Positions 1 through 10,850 of a stretch of DNA of 64,000 nt are shown one piece after another. The notes under the pieces were generated by a model. It was not told the origin of the DNA. It did no database searches and worked only from the letters and a program-made list of their open reading frames with translations. Made by a program: the position numbers and the translations under genes. The stretch spans positions 128,001-192,000 of the forward strand of contig JBFXLE010000005.1 of NCBI GenBank assembly GCA_050173015.1, written 5' to 3'. The DNA comes from Calditrichaceae bacterium. Lineage in GTDB: Bacteria; Calditrichota; Calditrichia; Calditrichales; JBFXGD01. The stretch's first letter is position 1. Every line of letters begins with the position of its first letter.

Positions 1-154
1 TATTGGCAACATTAGTTTTATCGTTTCAGTCTTTATTCAATACACTCCGCAAAGATATTATTAAATTCACAATTATAAAAATTAAATAGAATAAAACAAA
101 TAATTTTTGTATGTTTATTTATAGGTAGAAGTATAATTCCTGAAGGAGTTTTAT

Positions 155-502
155 ATGAGACGATATATCAAATCCAGCTGGATTCAAACCAATGCTGAAT
201 CTCTTGATCCAAAGCTCACTCAGCAGGTATTTAAGTCACAGAATATCATGGTGGTGCGCTATGTTTATGAACCGGGTCTGGAATTTCCGGAACATTCTCA
301 TCCTCAGGAACAGGTAACCATCGTAAGCAGTGGTGAACTTCTTTTTGATATTGACGGAGAAAAGGTTAAAGTTAAGAAAGATGAAATCTGCGCAATTTCC
401 CCCAATGTTCCACATAGCACAAAGGTGATAAGCGAAGAAGGAGCGCAGACCGTCAGCATCTTTACGCCAATTAAAGATAGAGTCATCATCGAACGAGAAT
501 AA
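155..502 (+). CDS. Cupin domain protein
   Basis: PEHSHPQEQ ... PNVPH cupin metal motifs; AAGGAG RBS upstream. Confidence 0.85.
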   Translation: MRRYIKSSWIQTNAESLDPKLTQQVFKSQNIMVVRYVYEPGLEFPEHSHPQEQVTIVSSGELLFDIDGEKVKVKKDEICAISPNVPHSTKVISEEGAQTVSIFTPIKDRVIIERE

Positions 503-578
503 CTATTTCCACTTTATTCTATTAAATCTAAACCCTGGTTGAAACAGTATATGATAAATATTTAATTATAAAGGGTTT

Positions 579-1757
579 ATGACAACTTTACTAAGTCTTG
601 TTCTGCTCATATTTGTCGCGTATATCGGATCAATCTTTTATCAACGTCTGCGGATTAACGCGCTCTGGATGAAGAGTTTTGCTTATTCTGGAAGTGTGTA
701 TCTGCTGCTCGGGTATTTGATTGGACCATCATCGCTAAAAATTGTGACCATGGATATCCTGGATCAATTGAAAGTACTTTTCGCACTTGTTTTGGGTTGG
801 GCAGGGTTCTTAATAGGATTACAGGTTAATATCAGGGCTTTAAAAAGATTCCAAATATCATATTATAAATTTGCAACATTAAATTTTATCATTGCTTTAT
901 TATTGACATATTTCGCGCTTCTTTATTCCTTTGAACAAATTTTTCACATCACCGATAAAAATGAGATATTTATACTTTCACTTGCTACCGCGGTGACATC
1001 TCCGATTATCATTGGTGTGGTATCCAGGGAAAGAAAACTGTCTGGTAGATTATCGCATTTGCTTCAGTTTAGCGCTGGCTATGATAATATTCTTGGAATC
1101 ATAATCGTGGGCATATTCGCGGCGGTTGTTTGTGATACAACGCTTATTGGGGGTTTTCATCCGGGGGTGTTGCTGATCCTTGTATCGGCGGCCATTGGAC
1201 TGATAGCCGCGTATCTTTATCAGTTACTGTCAAAAGAATTGAAGACAGAAGAAGAGAATTTCCTGCTTCTGCTTGGGTTGATGATATTTATTGTAGGGAT
1301 TGCCCTATACCTAAGCCAGAGCCTGCTTTTTATATCATTCGTATTCGGCGCGGGACTTGCGAACCGAAAAATGGATACCAAAAAGTTGTTTTTAAATATT
1401 GAAAAAATAGAGAAACCACTATATATCCTGCTATTAATATATGTAGGCGCCAAATTGGATTTAACGGATCCCGTGTATATAGCATTATTAACAATATTTC
1501 TGGCTGTAAATGTTTTAACAAAATTGTTATCTGGAGTTATGGCGAATTATACGCTGAATAAACACTCAAGATTAAAAAAATCGATCGGACTGGCAAATTT
1601 GGGCATGGGAGGTTTGTCGCTGGCCCTGATTCTTGATTTTCATTTGATAAATTCATCTGAATATACGCCGATACTTTTATTTGTGTTAACAATTTCAATT
1701 ATTCTAAACGATTTGTTTTCAATGATTTATCTGGATAAAATAACGGTAAAGAATTAA
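579..1757 (+). CDS. Cation:proton antiporter (CPA family) membrane protein
   Basis: Multi-TM hydrophobic protein, YLLLGYLIGP motif in the N-terminal helices. Confidence 0.65.
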   Translation: MTTLLSLVLLIFVAYIGSIFYQRLRINALWMKSFAYSGSVYLLLGYLIGPSSLKIVTMDILDQLKVLFALVLGWAGFLIGLQVNIRALKRFQISYYKFATLNFIIALLLTYFALLYSFEQIFHITDKNEIFILSLATAVTSPIIIGVVSRERKLSGRLSHLLQFSAGYDNILGIIIVGIFAAVVCDTTLIGGFHPGVLLILVSAAIGLIAAYLYQLLSKELKTEEENFLLLLGLMIFIVGIALYLSQSLLFISFVFGAGLANRKMDTKKLFLNIEKIEKPLYILLLIYVGAKLDLTDPVYIALLTIFLAVNVLTKLLSGVMANYTLNKHSRLKKSIGLANLGMGGLSLALILDFHLINSSEYTPILLFVLTISIILNDLFSMIYLDKITVKN

Positions 1758-1771
1758 ACTAAAAGGACAGA

Positions 1772-3061
1772 ATGGCCAGAATTATCATCACAATTTCTTT
1801 ACTGGTACTGTTTTCTTTTATCAAATATGTTGTCAACTATGACGGAGATTTGTCCGCGGAAACGACGATGTTGACAGGTATTATGTTACTGTCTTCATAC
1901 CTTTTAGCTATTTCATTAAAGGATATAAAGCTACCTAAATTATCCGGTTATATGCTGATGGGGATCGTTCTGGGACCCATCGGATTAAATTTTCTCACCC
2001 ATGATATTCTGGATAATTTAAAATTCCTCGAAAATCTGGCGCTATCATTTATTGCAATAACAGCAGGAGGCGAATTTAAGCGGGAACGTGTGAGAAAGAT
2101 CCTAAAGTCTGTTATTTATTTAATCGTAGGGCAGTCAGTATTCGTTTTTGTGGGATTATTTATTTTAATAATATTTCTTGCTGAATATATACCTTACCTT
2201 GCACGGCTGGATTCGGGCCTGTTAATCGGATTCGCGATTATGTTCGCAGGGACGGCAACCGCAAAATCACCCGCGATAACCATTGGTATAATTACAGAGC
2301 TTAAGTCAAAGGGAAAAATGACGGATATGGTTCTGGCGGTGACAGTAATTAAATCAATCTTGCTGATTTTGCTGTTTCCGTTTATGATATCCGCCGCAAA
2401 GATATTTATAATAGAGGGAACCGTTATAAATATCGGAATGCTTTCTGAACTTTCCGTTCAATTTATGAGTTCGATCGGGCTGGGGACAATCCTGGGCGTT
2501 TTGACAATTATTTATATAAAATATATTAATAAGGAAGTCAGCTTGTTTTTGTTGGGTATAGCGATAATCATTATGGAAATAAGCGCTCTCTTTAATGTGG
2601 AAATTCTGCTGGCGTCGCTTGTAACAGGCATAATAGTGGAAAATTTTTCCAAACATGGAGATTCGCTGATTCAGGGAATTGAAGGAAGCTCTCTGCCGCT
2701 ATACATCATATTTTTCTGTTTCGCGGGCGCGGATTTACATTTGGGGACGTTAAAGCAGGCGTTATTATTGACAACATTGCTTGTTCTGGGGCGATTAGTA
2801 TTCATCTATGCGGGAAATTACGTAGGCGCTCTTCTTGCCGGTGAAAACAGGAACATTAAAAATCTTTCATGGATGGGATTTGTTGGGCAGGCGGGTATTG
2901 CTGTGGGATTGGCAACGATAATTGAGAATACCTTCCCGGGTGTGGTAGGACAACAATTAAAGACGATCCTGATCGCGACGGTAGTCATCAATGAATTGAT
3001 AGGCCCGATTTTCTTTAAATATATTTTGATTAAGTCTGGTGAAACACAAAAAAAGGGGTAG
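1772..3061 (+). CDS. Cation:proton antiporter (Na+/H+ exchanger family)
   Basis: LPKLSGYMLMGIVLGPIGL, GGEF, QAGIAVGLA and INELIGP motifs; multi-TM. Confidence 0.8.
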   Translation: MARIIITISLLVLFSFIKYVVNYDGDLSAETTMLTGIMLLSSYLLAISLKDIKLPKLSGYMLMGIVLGPIGLNFLTHDILDNLKFLENLALSFIAITAGGEFKRERVRKILKSVIYLIVGQSVFVFVGLFILIIFLAEYIPYLARLDSGLLIGFAIMFAGTATAKSPAITIGIITELKSKGKMTDMVLAVTVIKSILLILLFPFMISAAKIFIIEGTVINIGMLSELSVQFMSSIGLGTILGVLTIIYIKYINKEVSLFLLGIAIIIMEISALFNVEILLASLVTGIIVENFSKHGDSLIQGIEGSSLPLYIIFFCFAGADLHLGTLKQALLLTTLLVLGRLVFIYAGNYVGALLAGENRNIKNLSWMGFVGQAGIAVGLATIIENTFPGVVGQQLKTILIATVVINELIGPIFFKYILIKSGETQKKG

Positions 3062-3065
3062 TAGT

Positions 3066-3824
3066 TTGGCGGAAACAGAAAAAAAAATTATGCCTGGGTG
3101 TGAGCCCATATTTCAGAAAGGAAATAAAACCGGTGTATTGCTGCTGCACGGCTTTACGGGGAGTCCGTTTGAAATGAAGCCCTTAGCGGATTCTCTTATT
3201 CAGGATGGGTATACGGTAAGCGTGCCTCTGTTGTGCGGCCATGGCACAAATCATGACGATTTGTTAAAATGTAAATGGGATGACTGGTTTAATAACGTAA
3301 AAGAAGCATTGTTTGAGATGCGTAAAAACTGTAAAAAAGTAATAGTTTGCGGATTGTCAACGGGGGGGAGCCTTGCCTTGCATTTGGCGGCGCATTATCA
3401 GATTGAAGGGATCGTGGCTCTTGCCCCGGGACTTGTTTTGAAGGAGAAAAAATCAATACTTCTCCCATTTGTCGCACCGTTTAAAAAATACCGTAGCAAT
3501 AACAGCGGGCCGGATATAAGTGATTCTGAAATGAAAAAAAAGATACCTGTTTATACAAAGACCCCATTAAAAGCAGCTCTGGAAATCGTAAGACTTTACG
3601 AGCATCTTCGTATGGATCTTCCAGAAATTTATTCTCCCCTAATGCTTGCGCACTCCAGGAATGATCATGTGGTGGATTTTAAAAGTTCCGAACTGATTTA
3701 TGAGAACGTTTCATCAAAAAACAAAAGATTTTTAAAACTGGAGAAATCATATCATATAATCACATTGGACATTGAGCAAAAAATTTTATTTCGGGAAATA
3801 AAGAAATTTATAAATGAAGTTTAA
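3066..3824 (+). CDS. Carboxylesterase/monoacylglycerol lipase (alpha/beta hydrolase)
   Basis: LLHGFTGSP, GLSTGG nucleophile elbow, DHVV and SYH; ORF track starts at 3039, TTG at 3066 avoids overlap with the upstream gene. Confidence 0.85.
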   Translation: MAETEKKIMPGCEPIFQKGNKTGVLLLHGFTGSPFEMKPLADSLIQDGYTVSVPLLCGHGTNHDDLLKCKWDDWFNNVKEALFEMRKNCKKVIVCGLSTGGSLALHLAAHYQIEGIVALAPGLVLKEKKSILLPFVAPFKKYRSNNSGPDISDSEMKKKIPVYTKTPLKAALEIVRLYEHLRMDLPEIYSPLMLAHSRNDHVVDFKSSELIYENVSSKNKRFLKLEKSYHIITLDIEQKILFREIKKFINEV

Positions 3825-3908
3825 ACTGCGGATGCCCGGACATAGCAAATCTTGATTAACAGTTTAAAATTAATTAAATTATAAACTTAATAAAAAAAAT
3901 ATACCAAT

Positions 3909-4892
3909 ATGTCAGAACTGCGAAAAGATCCGATTTTAGGCCGGTGGGTAATTATTTCAAAAGAAAGAGGTAAGCGTCCGATTGATTTTGAGATAATCGC
4001 CGCCTCTTCCAAATCCGAATATTGCCCTTTCTGCCCCGGAAACGAAGAAAGCACACCGCCGGAAATTTATCAATTCTCCGGTGAGAATCATGGCTGGGAT
4101 CTAAGAGTAATACCAAATAAATTTCCGGTATTACATGTTGAAGGGAATCTGGATCGCAAGGGAGAAGGAATTTATGATCTTCTGAACGGCATCGGCGCCC
4201 ATGAGGTGATTATTGAAACGAATGATCATGACGTACAGATGGAAAATTATAACCAGCCACATCTTGAAAATATCCTCAAGACTTATCGCTCGAGAATACT
4301 TGATTTAAAAAATGATCAGCGTCTTAAGTATGCGATTGTATTCAAGAATCATGGCGCGGATGCCGGTGCATCATTGGAGCACGCGCATTCCCAACTGGTT
4401 GCGCTTCCGATAGTACCCCAGATCATAAGCGAAGAACTTGCCGGGTCGAAGAAATATTTTGATTTTAAGGAACGGTGTATTTTTTGTGATATCATTGATC
4501 AGGAGCTTGAACAGCAAAAAAGAATCGTTCTTGATAGTGAGCATTTTATAGCGATAGAGCCTTATGCAGCCAGGTTCCCGTTCGAAACTTGGATACTCCC
4601 AAAAAAACATGAGTCCAATTTTGAGATGCTGGAGAACAACCGAATACCCAACCTGGCAAATTTGTTGTTGAACACATTAAAAAAACTAAAAATCGCATTA
4701 AATAATGCATCATATAACCTGGTTATTCACAGTGCTCCTTTTGCAAATGAATTTATGTCTTATTATCACTGGCATATCGAAATTATACCTAAGATTTCTC
4801 AGGTAGCGGGTTTTGAATGGGGGACCGGATTCTATATTAATCCGACATCACCCGAAGAAGCTGCAGAGTTTTTACAAAATATAACATTTTAA
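3909..4892 (+). CDS. galT: Galactose-1-phosphate uridylyltransferase family (GalT-like)
   Basis: ELRKDP..RWVII..ERGKRP, CPFCPGNE, HAHSQ active-site motif, HWHIEIIP. Confidence 0.88.
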   Translation: MSELRKDPILGRWVIISKERGKRPIDFEIIAASSKSEYCPFCPGNEESTPPEIYQFSGENHGWDLRVIPNKFPVLHVEGNLDRKGEGIYDLLNGIGAHEVIIETNDHDVQMENYNQPHLENILKTYRSRILDLKNDQRLKYAIVFKNHGADAGASLEHAHSQLVALPIVPQIISEELAGSKKYFDFKERCIFCDIIDQELEQQKRIVLDSEHFIAIEPYAARFPFETWILPKKHESNFEMLENNRIPNLANLLLNTLKKLKIALNNASYNLVIHSAPFANEFMSYYHWHIEIIPKISQVAGFEWGTGFYINPTSPEEAAEFLQNITF

Positions 4893-4914
4893 AGCTAAAG
4901 ATGATGAGGTTATC

Positions 4915-6393
4915 ATGAAACAGTTCAAAATTTTATATCTGGCATCAGAAGTGGCACCTTTTGCAAAAGCAGGCGGCTTAGCGGATGTAACCGGTGCCTT
5001 GCCGAAAGCACTAAAAGGATTGAACCAGGAAATTCGAATCATGATGCCGAAATATAAATTCATAAATGAAAGAAAGTTTGTGCTCCGGGAGGTTATCCGA
5101 TTAAAAGAAATACCGGTTACTATTAACGGCCGCACAGAGATAGCGAATGTGAAGTCCGCTTTTCTGCCCGATAGTAAGGTTCAGATATATTTTATTGAAA
5201 TTGCCGATTTCTTCTCTCGTCCGGGAATCTATGGAGATCCCAATACGGGCGAACCGTATGAGGATAATGCCGAAAGATTCGCTTTTTTCTCAAAAGCGGC
5301 GATGGAAACATTAAAAATACTATCCTGGCAGCCTGACGCGATACATTGTAATGACTGGCAGACTGCGTGCGTCCCGGTGTATCTCAAAACGCTCTATCAG
5401 GGAGATCCCTTTTTCAAAGGTGTAAAAACAGTATATACTATTCATAATCTGACTTCGCAGGGGGCGTTTGATACAAAAAAGGCCAAGCCGATAGAATTTG
5501 ATGAGAGCCAGGTTAAGGAAGGTGGAATGTTTTACAAGGACGGCATGCTGAATCTCACCAAAGGCGCGATTTACTTTTCAGATTTTATTACCACCGTTTC
5601 AGGAAATTACGCGTCTGAGATTGTCAGCGATGCTAAATTCGGATTTGGATTCGGAAAGCTGTTAGATGAGATGGGTGAGAAATTTGAAGGTATTCTTAAC
5701 GGAGTAGATTACACGGTCTGGACGCCGGACACGGATAAACTGATTCCGAATCAATATTCCGGTGAAGATATGTCGGGCAAGGAAGAGAACAAAGAAGCGC
5801 TTATACTTAGGCTGGGCGTAAAAATCAAACCCGATGTTCCCGTGATCAGTTTGATTTCCAGGATTTCAGAGCAAAAAGGATTAGATCTGGTCGTGGGTGC
5901 TTTGGATGAGTTGTTAAAATTGAATTTACATCTAAGTATCATTGGTGACGGAGAACCGGAGCTCACTGAAAAAATAGCTGCCTATCATAAGAAATTTCCG
6001 GATAAAATTAGTATTAATGTCAATTTTGATGAAAAAATGATACATCTGGCTCTTGCCGGGTCGGATCTGTATATAATGCCATCAAAATATGAACCGTGTG
6101 GTTTGAATCAGATATACAGTATGAAATACGGCACCATTCCAATCGTGTCAGCCGTCGGTGGGCTTTATGATACCGTGGATGATATAGATATGAAATCGGG
6201 TGAAGGCACCGGACTCATACTTGAAACTCTTTCATCAAAGAGTATTGTAGATGCCGTCAAAAAGGCGCTTACTTTATACGGAAACAAGGAATTGTGGAGC
6301 GAATTGCAGAAGCGGATTATGAATGAAGATTTTTCATGGGAAGTTTCCGCAAATCGATATGTCGATATATATGACAGAGTCATAAATGATTAA
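4915..6393 (+). CDS. glgA: Glycogen synthase (GT5)
   Basis: SEVAPFAKAGGLADV, HCNDWQ, TIHNL, PSKYEPCGLNQ. Confidence 0.93.
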   Translation: MKQFKILYLASEVAPFAKAGGLADVTGALPKALKGLNQEIRIMMPKYKFINERKFVLREVIRLKEIPVTINGRTEIANVKSAFLPDSKVQIYFIEIADFFSRPGIYGDPNTGEPYEDNAERFAFFSKAAMETLKILSWQPDAIHCNDWQTACVPVYLKTLYQGDPFFKGVKTVYTIHNLTSQGAFDTKKAKPIEFDESQVKEGGMFYKDGMLNLTKGAIYFSDFITTVSGNYASEIVSDAKFGFGFGKLLDEMGEKFEGILNGVDYTVWTPDTDKLIPNQYSGEDMSGKEENKEALILRLGVKIKPDVPVISLISRISEQKGLDLVVGALDELLKLNLHLSIIGDGEPELTEKIAAYHKKFPDKISINVNFDEKMIHLALAGSDLYIMPSKYEPCGLNQIYSMKYGTIPIVSAVGGLYDTVDDIDMKSGEGTGLILETLSSKSIVDAVKKALTLYGNKELWSELQKRIMNEDFSWEVSANRYVDIYDRVIND

Positions 6394-6448
6394 ACTTCGG
6401 AGGTTTAATATCCGGGAACGGCGGATTTAATACAACGGGAACACCGGT

Positions 6449-7018
6449 ATGAACAGAGCAGTATTTCTCGACAGGGATGGAACCATAAATGAGGAAATGG
6501 GTTATATAAACCACGTCAAAAGGTTCCGGATATTTGATTTTGTTCCTGAGGCAATTAAGATTTTTAATTTACTTGGATTTAAGGTAATAGTAGTTACAAA
6601 TCAGTCAGGGCTTGGTCGGGGTTATTTTGATGAGCGCTTATTGGATGAAGTTCACAAAACACTTCTAACAACGGTATCGGAGCAGGACGGAAAAATAGAT
6701 AAAATCTACTATTGCCCGCATCATCCAACGGACGCGATAGATAAATACAGAATGGATTGTAATTGCCGTAAACCAAAGACAGGAATGATTGATCAGGCCC
6801 GGGAAGAATTTAACATCGATATGAACAATTCGTTCATGATCGGAGACCGGTTTAAGGATGTGGAATTTGGTAAAAAAGCAGGATTGCAGACGGTTATGGT
6901 GTTAACAGGTTATGGATTGGGAGAATATACTTATCAAAGAAAAGACTGGTCATTCCTTCCCGACCATTTTGCGGATAATCTGCTTGAAGCGGCAAAGATA
7001 ATTACAAAACTGGTCTGA
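6449..7018 (+). CDS. gmhB: D,D-heptose 1,7-bisphosphate phosphatase (HAD IIIA)
   Basis: FLDRDGT, VTNQSG, CPHHP...CNCRKP, MIGDR. Confidence 0.85.
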   Translation: MNRAVFLDRDGTINEEMGYINHVKRFRIFDFVPEAIKIFNLLGFKVIVVTNQSGLGRGYFDERLLDEVHKTLLTTVSEQDGKIDKIYYCPHHPTDAIDKYRMDCNCRKPKTGMIDQAREEFNIDMNNSFMIGDRFKDVEFGKKAGLQTVMVLTGYGLGEYTYQRKDWSFLPDHFADNLLEAAKIITKLV

Positions 7019-7101
7019 GAAACAAAACGGTTTATTTCAGATTGACATAAAAAATGTGAATTTATAAATTAGCAAACTCAAAATTATCACTCAGGGACGG
7101 T

Positions 7102-8307
7102 ATGAAATCTAAGCTTATATTAATTTCAATTGTGTTTTTGGCATCATTATGGGGATGCTCAGATCTGGAAGATACACCTTCCAGCGCTGAATTTAATCTT
7201 GATGATCGCTATGGTTCGTTTGTAATAGATACGATTTACGCGGTAAAAGATACTTTTATCGTTGGTGATTATTTCGATACAGATCTTTCCGAGAAACTGT
7301 CAGTTGGCAAGATTGATGGGATTGAAGCCAGTTTCCTCATTAAAGTTCTAAGTTTTCCCGACAGCGCGCTTCACCTGGATTCTGCGTTTATATTGCTAAA
7401 TGGGGCCGGTACTTTTTCAAGAGACATTCAGAATATTGATCTCAAAATTTATGAAACCGGAAAAGAATGGGAACAAGATGTCAATAAAGATGAGACGTGG
7501 CATCATTTTCAGCCGGCAACGGATCCAATAATAAATTATTCCCTGGATGTGGATGATACTACGGAGCATAAAATTTCTATTGATCCGGAAGTGGTTTTGA
7601 GATGGCGCGATGAGCAAGAATTAAACACCGGGCTATATTTTAAAGCGGCTGAAAATACGGATGGTGTAATTAAGGAATTCGGATCATTTAATTCCAGCAC
7701 ACTATTTCCAAAAATTGTGTATGTAATGAGTACGGACACATCTACAATTCGGGATACTATTAATGTTGGTCTGGATGCTACTATTTTTGATTATCCAGAT
7801 GACGGTAGCGGCGCGTTCGATCTCAGCAAGAACGAAGATAAATTGTTTGTATCAAGCGGGATTTCAGCGCATTCGTTTTTTAAGTTTGATTTTTCTGTAA
7901 TACCAAAGACCGCCTTGATTGACCAGGCCATTTTATCGGTTGAGATAGATGATGATAATGATCTTGAAAATCCGGGCCATTCCGCAACGTTTTATATTAG
8001 ATCAATTACTGAAGCGAGCGAGGATCTAAGTACCTATGAAATGGATTCTCTGTTCATCACATATGCAGATTTGAATTTCCTGCATTCTGAAGATGACGGA
8101 ATGCTGGTGACCTCCGAAACAAGCAGATCAAGTTTTGGAAAAAATCTAATTCAGCTAAGCGTAGATGGATCTGTAACGAATGAGTGGTTATATCTGCAAT
8201 ATGTTTCAGAAAGAACAGATTTTTCGGTTAAAAAGTTTCGCGGCTTAGAATCGTATGTTAATCATCCGCCAAGGATCATCGTCAAGTATTTTAGAGTAGA
8301 ACAATAA
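7102..8307 (+). CDS. Hypothetical lipoprotein
   Basis: Signal peptide ending LWGC; acidic beta-rich body. Confidence 0.6.
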   Translation: MKSKLILISIVFLASLWGCSDLEDTPSSAEFNLDDRYGSFVIDTIYAVKDTFIVGDYFDTDLSEKLSVGKIDGIEASFLIKVLSFPDSALHLDSAFILLNGAGTFSRDIQNIDLKIYETGKEWEQDVNKDETWHHFQPATDPIINYSLDVDDTTEHKISIDPEVVLRWRDEQELNTGLYFKAAENTDGVIKEFGSFNSSTLFPKIVYVMSTDTSTIRDTINVGLDATIFDYPDDGSGAFDLSKNEDKLFVSSGISAHSFFKFDFSVIPKTALIDQAILSVEIDDDNDLENPGHSATFYIRSITEASEDLSTYEMDSLFITYADLNFLHSEDDGMLVTSETSRSSFGKNLIQLSVDGSVTNEWLYLQYVSERTDFSVKKFRGLESYVNHPPRIIVKYFRVEQ

Positions 8308-8332
8308 TCTTAAAAATGAATTGGACCTGTGA

Positions 8333-9538
8333 ATGAAACGAAATATTGTGATTTTTCTTTTACTTCTTGTAAATATATCTTTCGCCGGTGAATCGATGTT
8401 CGGAGTGGTCGATAATGGCGTTGGTTTCTTAAAAACAATCAGTTCGGCAGCGGGACAGGGAAGATCCTATGAGATGGCCGTGAATGATTCTGTGCAGTTA
8501 AACTATAGAAATTATGCAAACTGGACGAGTATCCCAAATACATCATTTACAATTAAGTTTGGATATGACGCGATTTTTTCGGATGACCTGACGAATGATT
8601 ATTACGGGGATTCCGGAAATTTTCAGGGCGGGTATCTCGCCATACCGATCTTGCAGAGAAAATTAATTTTAGGCGGTGGTATTCAGCCGATCACGAACGT
8701 GGAACAGCGTATCGTTGATGAGACCAGTTATGATTCAGGTAGCACTACGGTTATTAAAGAAAATTTATTTATGGATGGTGGGCTCGACAGAGCGCTGCTT
8801 AATCTTTCATACAGATTTAATTTGCTAAGTGTCAGTCTCGGGTGGGAATATACATTTGGCAATATAACCGAGAATCTGGTTCTCGATATAGAAGATAATA
8901 CCACATCCCAACTGTATTTAAATTATGACAATTTATACTCGGGACATGGTATGGTGATCAATGCGTTTACAGATAAAATTAAGGATGTGAATCTGGGAGT
9001 CACCATACGTCCGGCAGTGGACCTTGATCTTGAAAGAAAGGGCGATTCCAATTCGGAAGTAGTCGATAAAACCCAAAAGAGCACGGTGACTCTTCCTGCG
9101 GAATATAATCTGGGTATGGAATACCAGATTAGCAATCGCCTGGCGGCCGGCATGGATGTGATGTATCAGGATTGGAAGAACGGTTATAAAATCGATGGAA
9201 ATAAAGTTGAAAACTATGAAAAATATTATAAAATTGGTGTAGGAATAGAAAGAAAATCAAGCGAGAAAAGATTCATCAATTTAGGCCAGCAGATTGATTA
9301 TAGAATGGGCCTATATCTGAGTCAATTAAATATCACAAGAAATGAAGAACCCGTAAAGGAATATGGACTTTCTCTGGGGTTTTCATTGCCGATTCAGAGG
9401 TTCCGGTCCAAAATTGATTTTTCCGGTATCGTTGGCAAACGCGGAAGTCTTTCTACCAATGGCCTGGAAGAGACATTCGTTTCATTCGGTATATCGGTAA
9501 GCGCCAGTGAGAAATGGTTTGTGAAGCTTGACAAGTGA
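8333..9538 (+). CDS. Outer membrane beta-barrel protein (FadL-like)
   Basis: Signal peptide, amphipathic beta strands, EKWF near the C-terminus. Confidence 0.6.
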   Translation: MKRNIVIFLLLLVNISFAGESMFGVVDNGVGFLKTISSAAGQGRSYEMAVNDSVQLNYRNYANWTSIPNTSFTIKFGYDAIFSDDLTNDYYGDSGNFQGGYLAIPILQRKLILGGGIQPITNVEQRIVDETSYDSGSTTVIKENLFMDGGLDRALLNLSYRFNLLSVSLGWEYTFGNITENLVLDIEDNTTSQLYLNYDNLYSGHGMVINAFTDKIKDVNLGVTIRPAVDLDLERKGDSNSEVVDKTQKSTVTLPAEYNLGMEYQISNRLAAGMDVMYQDWKNGYKIDGNKVENYEKYYKIGVGIERKSSEKRFINLGQQIDYRMGLYLSQLNITRNEEPVKEYGLSLGFSLPIQRFRSKIDFSGIVGKRGSLSTNGLEETFVSFGISVSASEKWFVKLDK

Positions 9539-9548
9539 TGCGTGAATA

Positions 9549-10841
9549 ATGGAGGATTCAGAAATGATTAAAATGAAATGGTTGTTAATCATCACGGTTT
9601 TAATGACTATGGCAGCATTTAATTCACCGCTGCAGGCTCAGGTAGATGAAATACTGGAGCTGGATTCAACAGAACAGACAGAACAAAATAATTGTGTGCC
9701 CGAAAATTTAAATACACCTTATGATAAATTTGCAGAGACTGAATTTGAAACCAGTGTTCCAATGCTGTATAACTTCGGAACAGAGCATTTTAAAAACAAA
9801 AATTATAAGGAAGCTCTGCCTTATTTATGGAAAGTGTTTTTGCATGATGAAGGCAAAAGAGCGCGCTTATCTATCAGTAAAATAGCGCAAATATATTTTG
9901 AAGAACAAAAAGTGGATAGTGTATTAATTTCCTGTTTCAGGGGTTTGGAACGTTTTCCGGAATTGATCCTTCTGCATTATTATGCCGGTTATATTCAGGA
10001 TAAGCTTGGTAAATTCCGCTGCGCGATTCCTCATTATGAAAAACTGGTGGAGAGTGATTCCACAAATAAAGCATATCTGAAAACGATTGCTTTCCTCTAT
10101 TATAAGGATGAGGATGAAAGGGCGATAGAAATGCAGGAAAGATTGGTCGCTCTTGATCCGGCTAACTCGGAGGAGGCAAATTCTCTGGCCCAATACAATG
10201 TATATTTCCATGGAGCCGGAGCCGGGCTGGACGCCTACAAACAGGCTTATGAGAATGATCCGGAAAATGTGGATGTTGCCTTAAGTTACGGAAAGTCTGC
10301 TCTGGAATCAGGCAAATATAACGAATCGCTTGAACCGTTGAGCAAAGCAATCGCAAAAAATCCGGGCACAAAAGCCCTGACTCTGAGAGCGTCGGCTTAT
10401 GAAAACCTGAGCAGATTTAATGATGCGATTTCTGACTATAAAAAAGTTTTGGAAAATGAACCAAACAACGCGGATGTCATGTTAAACATTTCCTTGAATT
10501 ACCGTTCATTGAATAGCTATAGTAACGCAAACTATTGGATAAGTAAAGCTCTGAGCGCGAAACCCGGTTATGGTTTTGCTTATATCATCAGAGGGGAGCT
10601 TTATGAAGCGGCTGTTTCATATTGCCAGGGTCAGAGAGGCGGCAAAGTAAAATATGAAGATAAACTGGTATATGAAAAAGCGAATTCCGAATATGATAAA
10701 GCGAAGAATGATCCTATCTTCCGTTCAAAAGCGACGGTCAAACAAAATAATTTAAAACCGTTTTTACCGACAACTGAAGATAAATTTATGCACAAGAACG
10801 ATAAGATAAAAGACGACTGCTTCAGTTGGATCGCTAATTAG
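9549..10841 (+). CDS. Exported tetratricopeptide repeat protein
   Basis: Signal peptide, multiple TPR-like helices (A..DY.K.LE.EPNN). Confidence 0.75.
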   Translation: MEDSEMIKMKWLLIITVLMTMAAFNSPLQAQVDEILELDSTEQTEQNNCVPENLNTPYDKFAETEFETSVPMLYNFGTEHFKNKNYKEALPYLWKVFLHDEGKRARLSISKIAQIYFEEQKVDSVLISCFRGLERFPELILLHYYAGYIQDKLGKFRCAIPHYEKLVESDSTNKAYLKTIAFLYYKDEDERAIEMQERLVALDPANSEEANSLAQYNVYFHGAGAGLDAYKQAYENDPENVDVALSYGKSALESGKYNESLEPLSKAIAKNPGTKALTLRASAYENLSRFNDAISDYKKVLENEPNNADVMLNISLNYRSLNSYSNANYWISKALSAKPGYGFAYIIRGELYEAAVSYCQGQRGGKVKYEDKLVYEKANSEYDKAKNDPIFRSKATVKQNNLKPFLPTTEDKFMHKNDKIKDDCFSWIAN

Positions 10842-10850
10842 GAGTATGAT

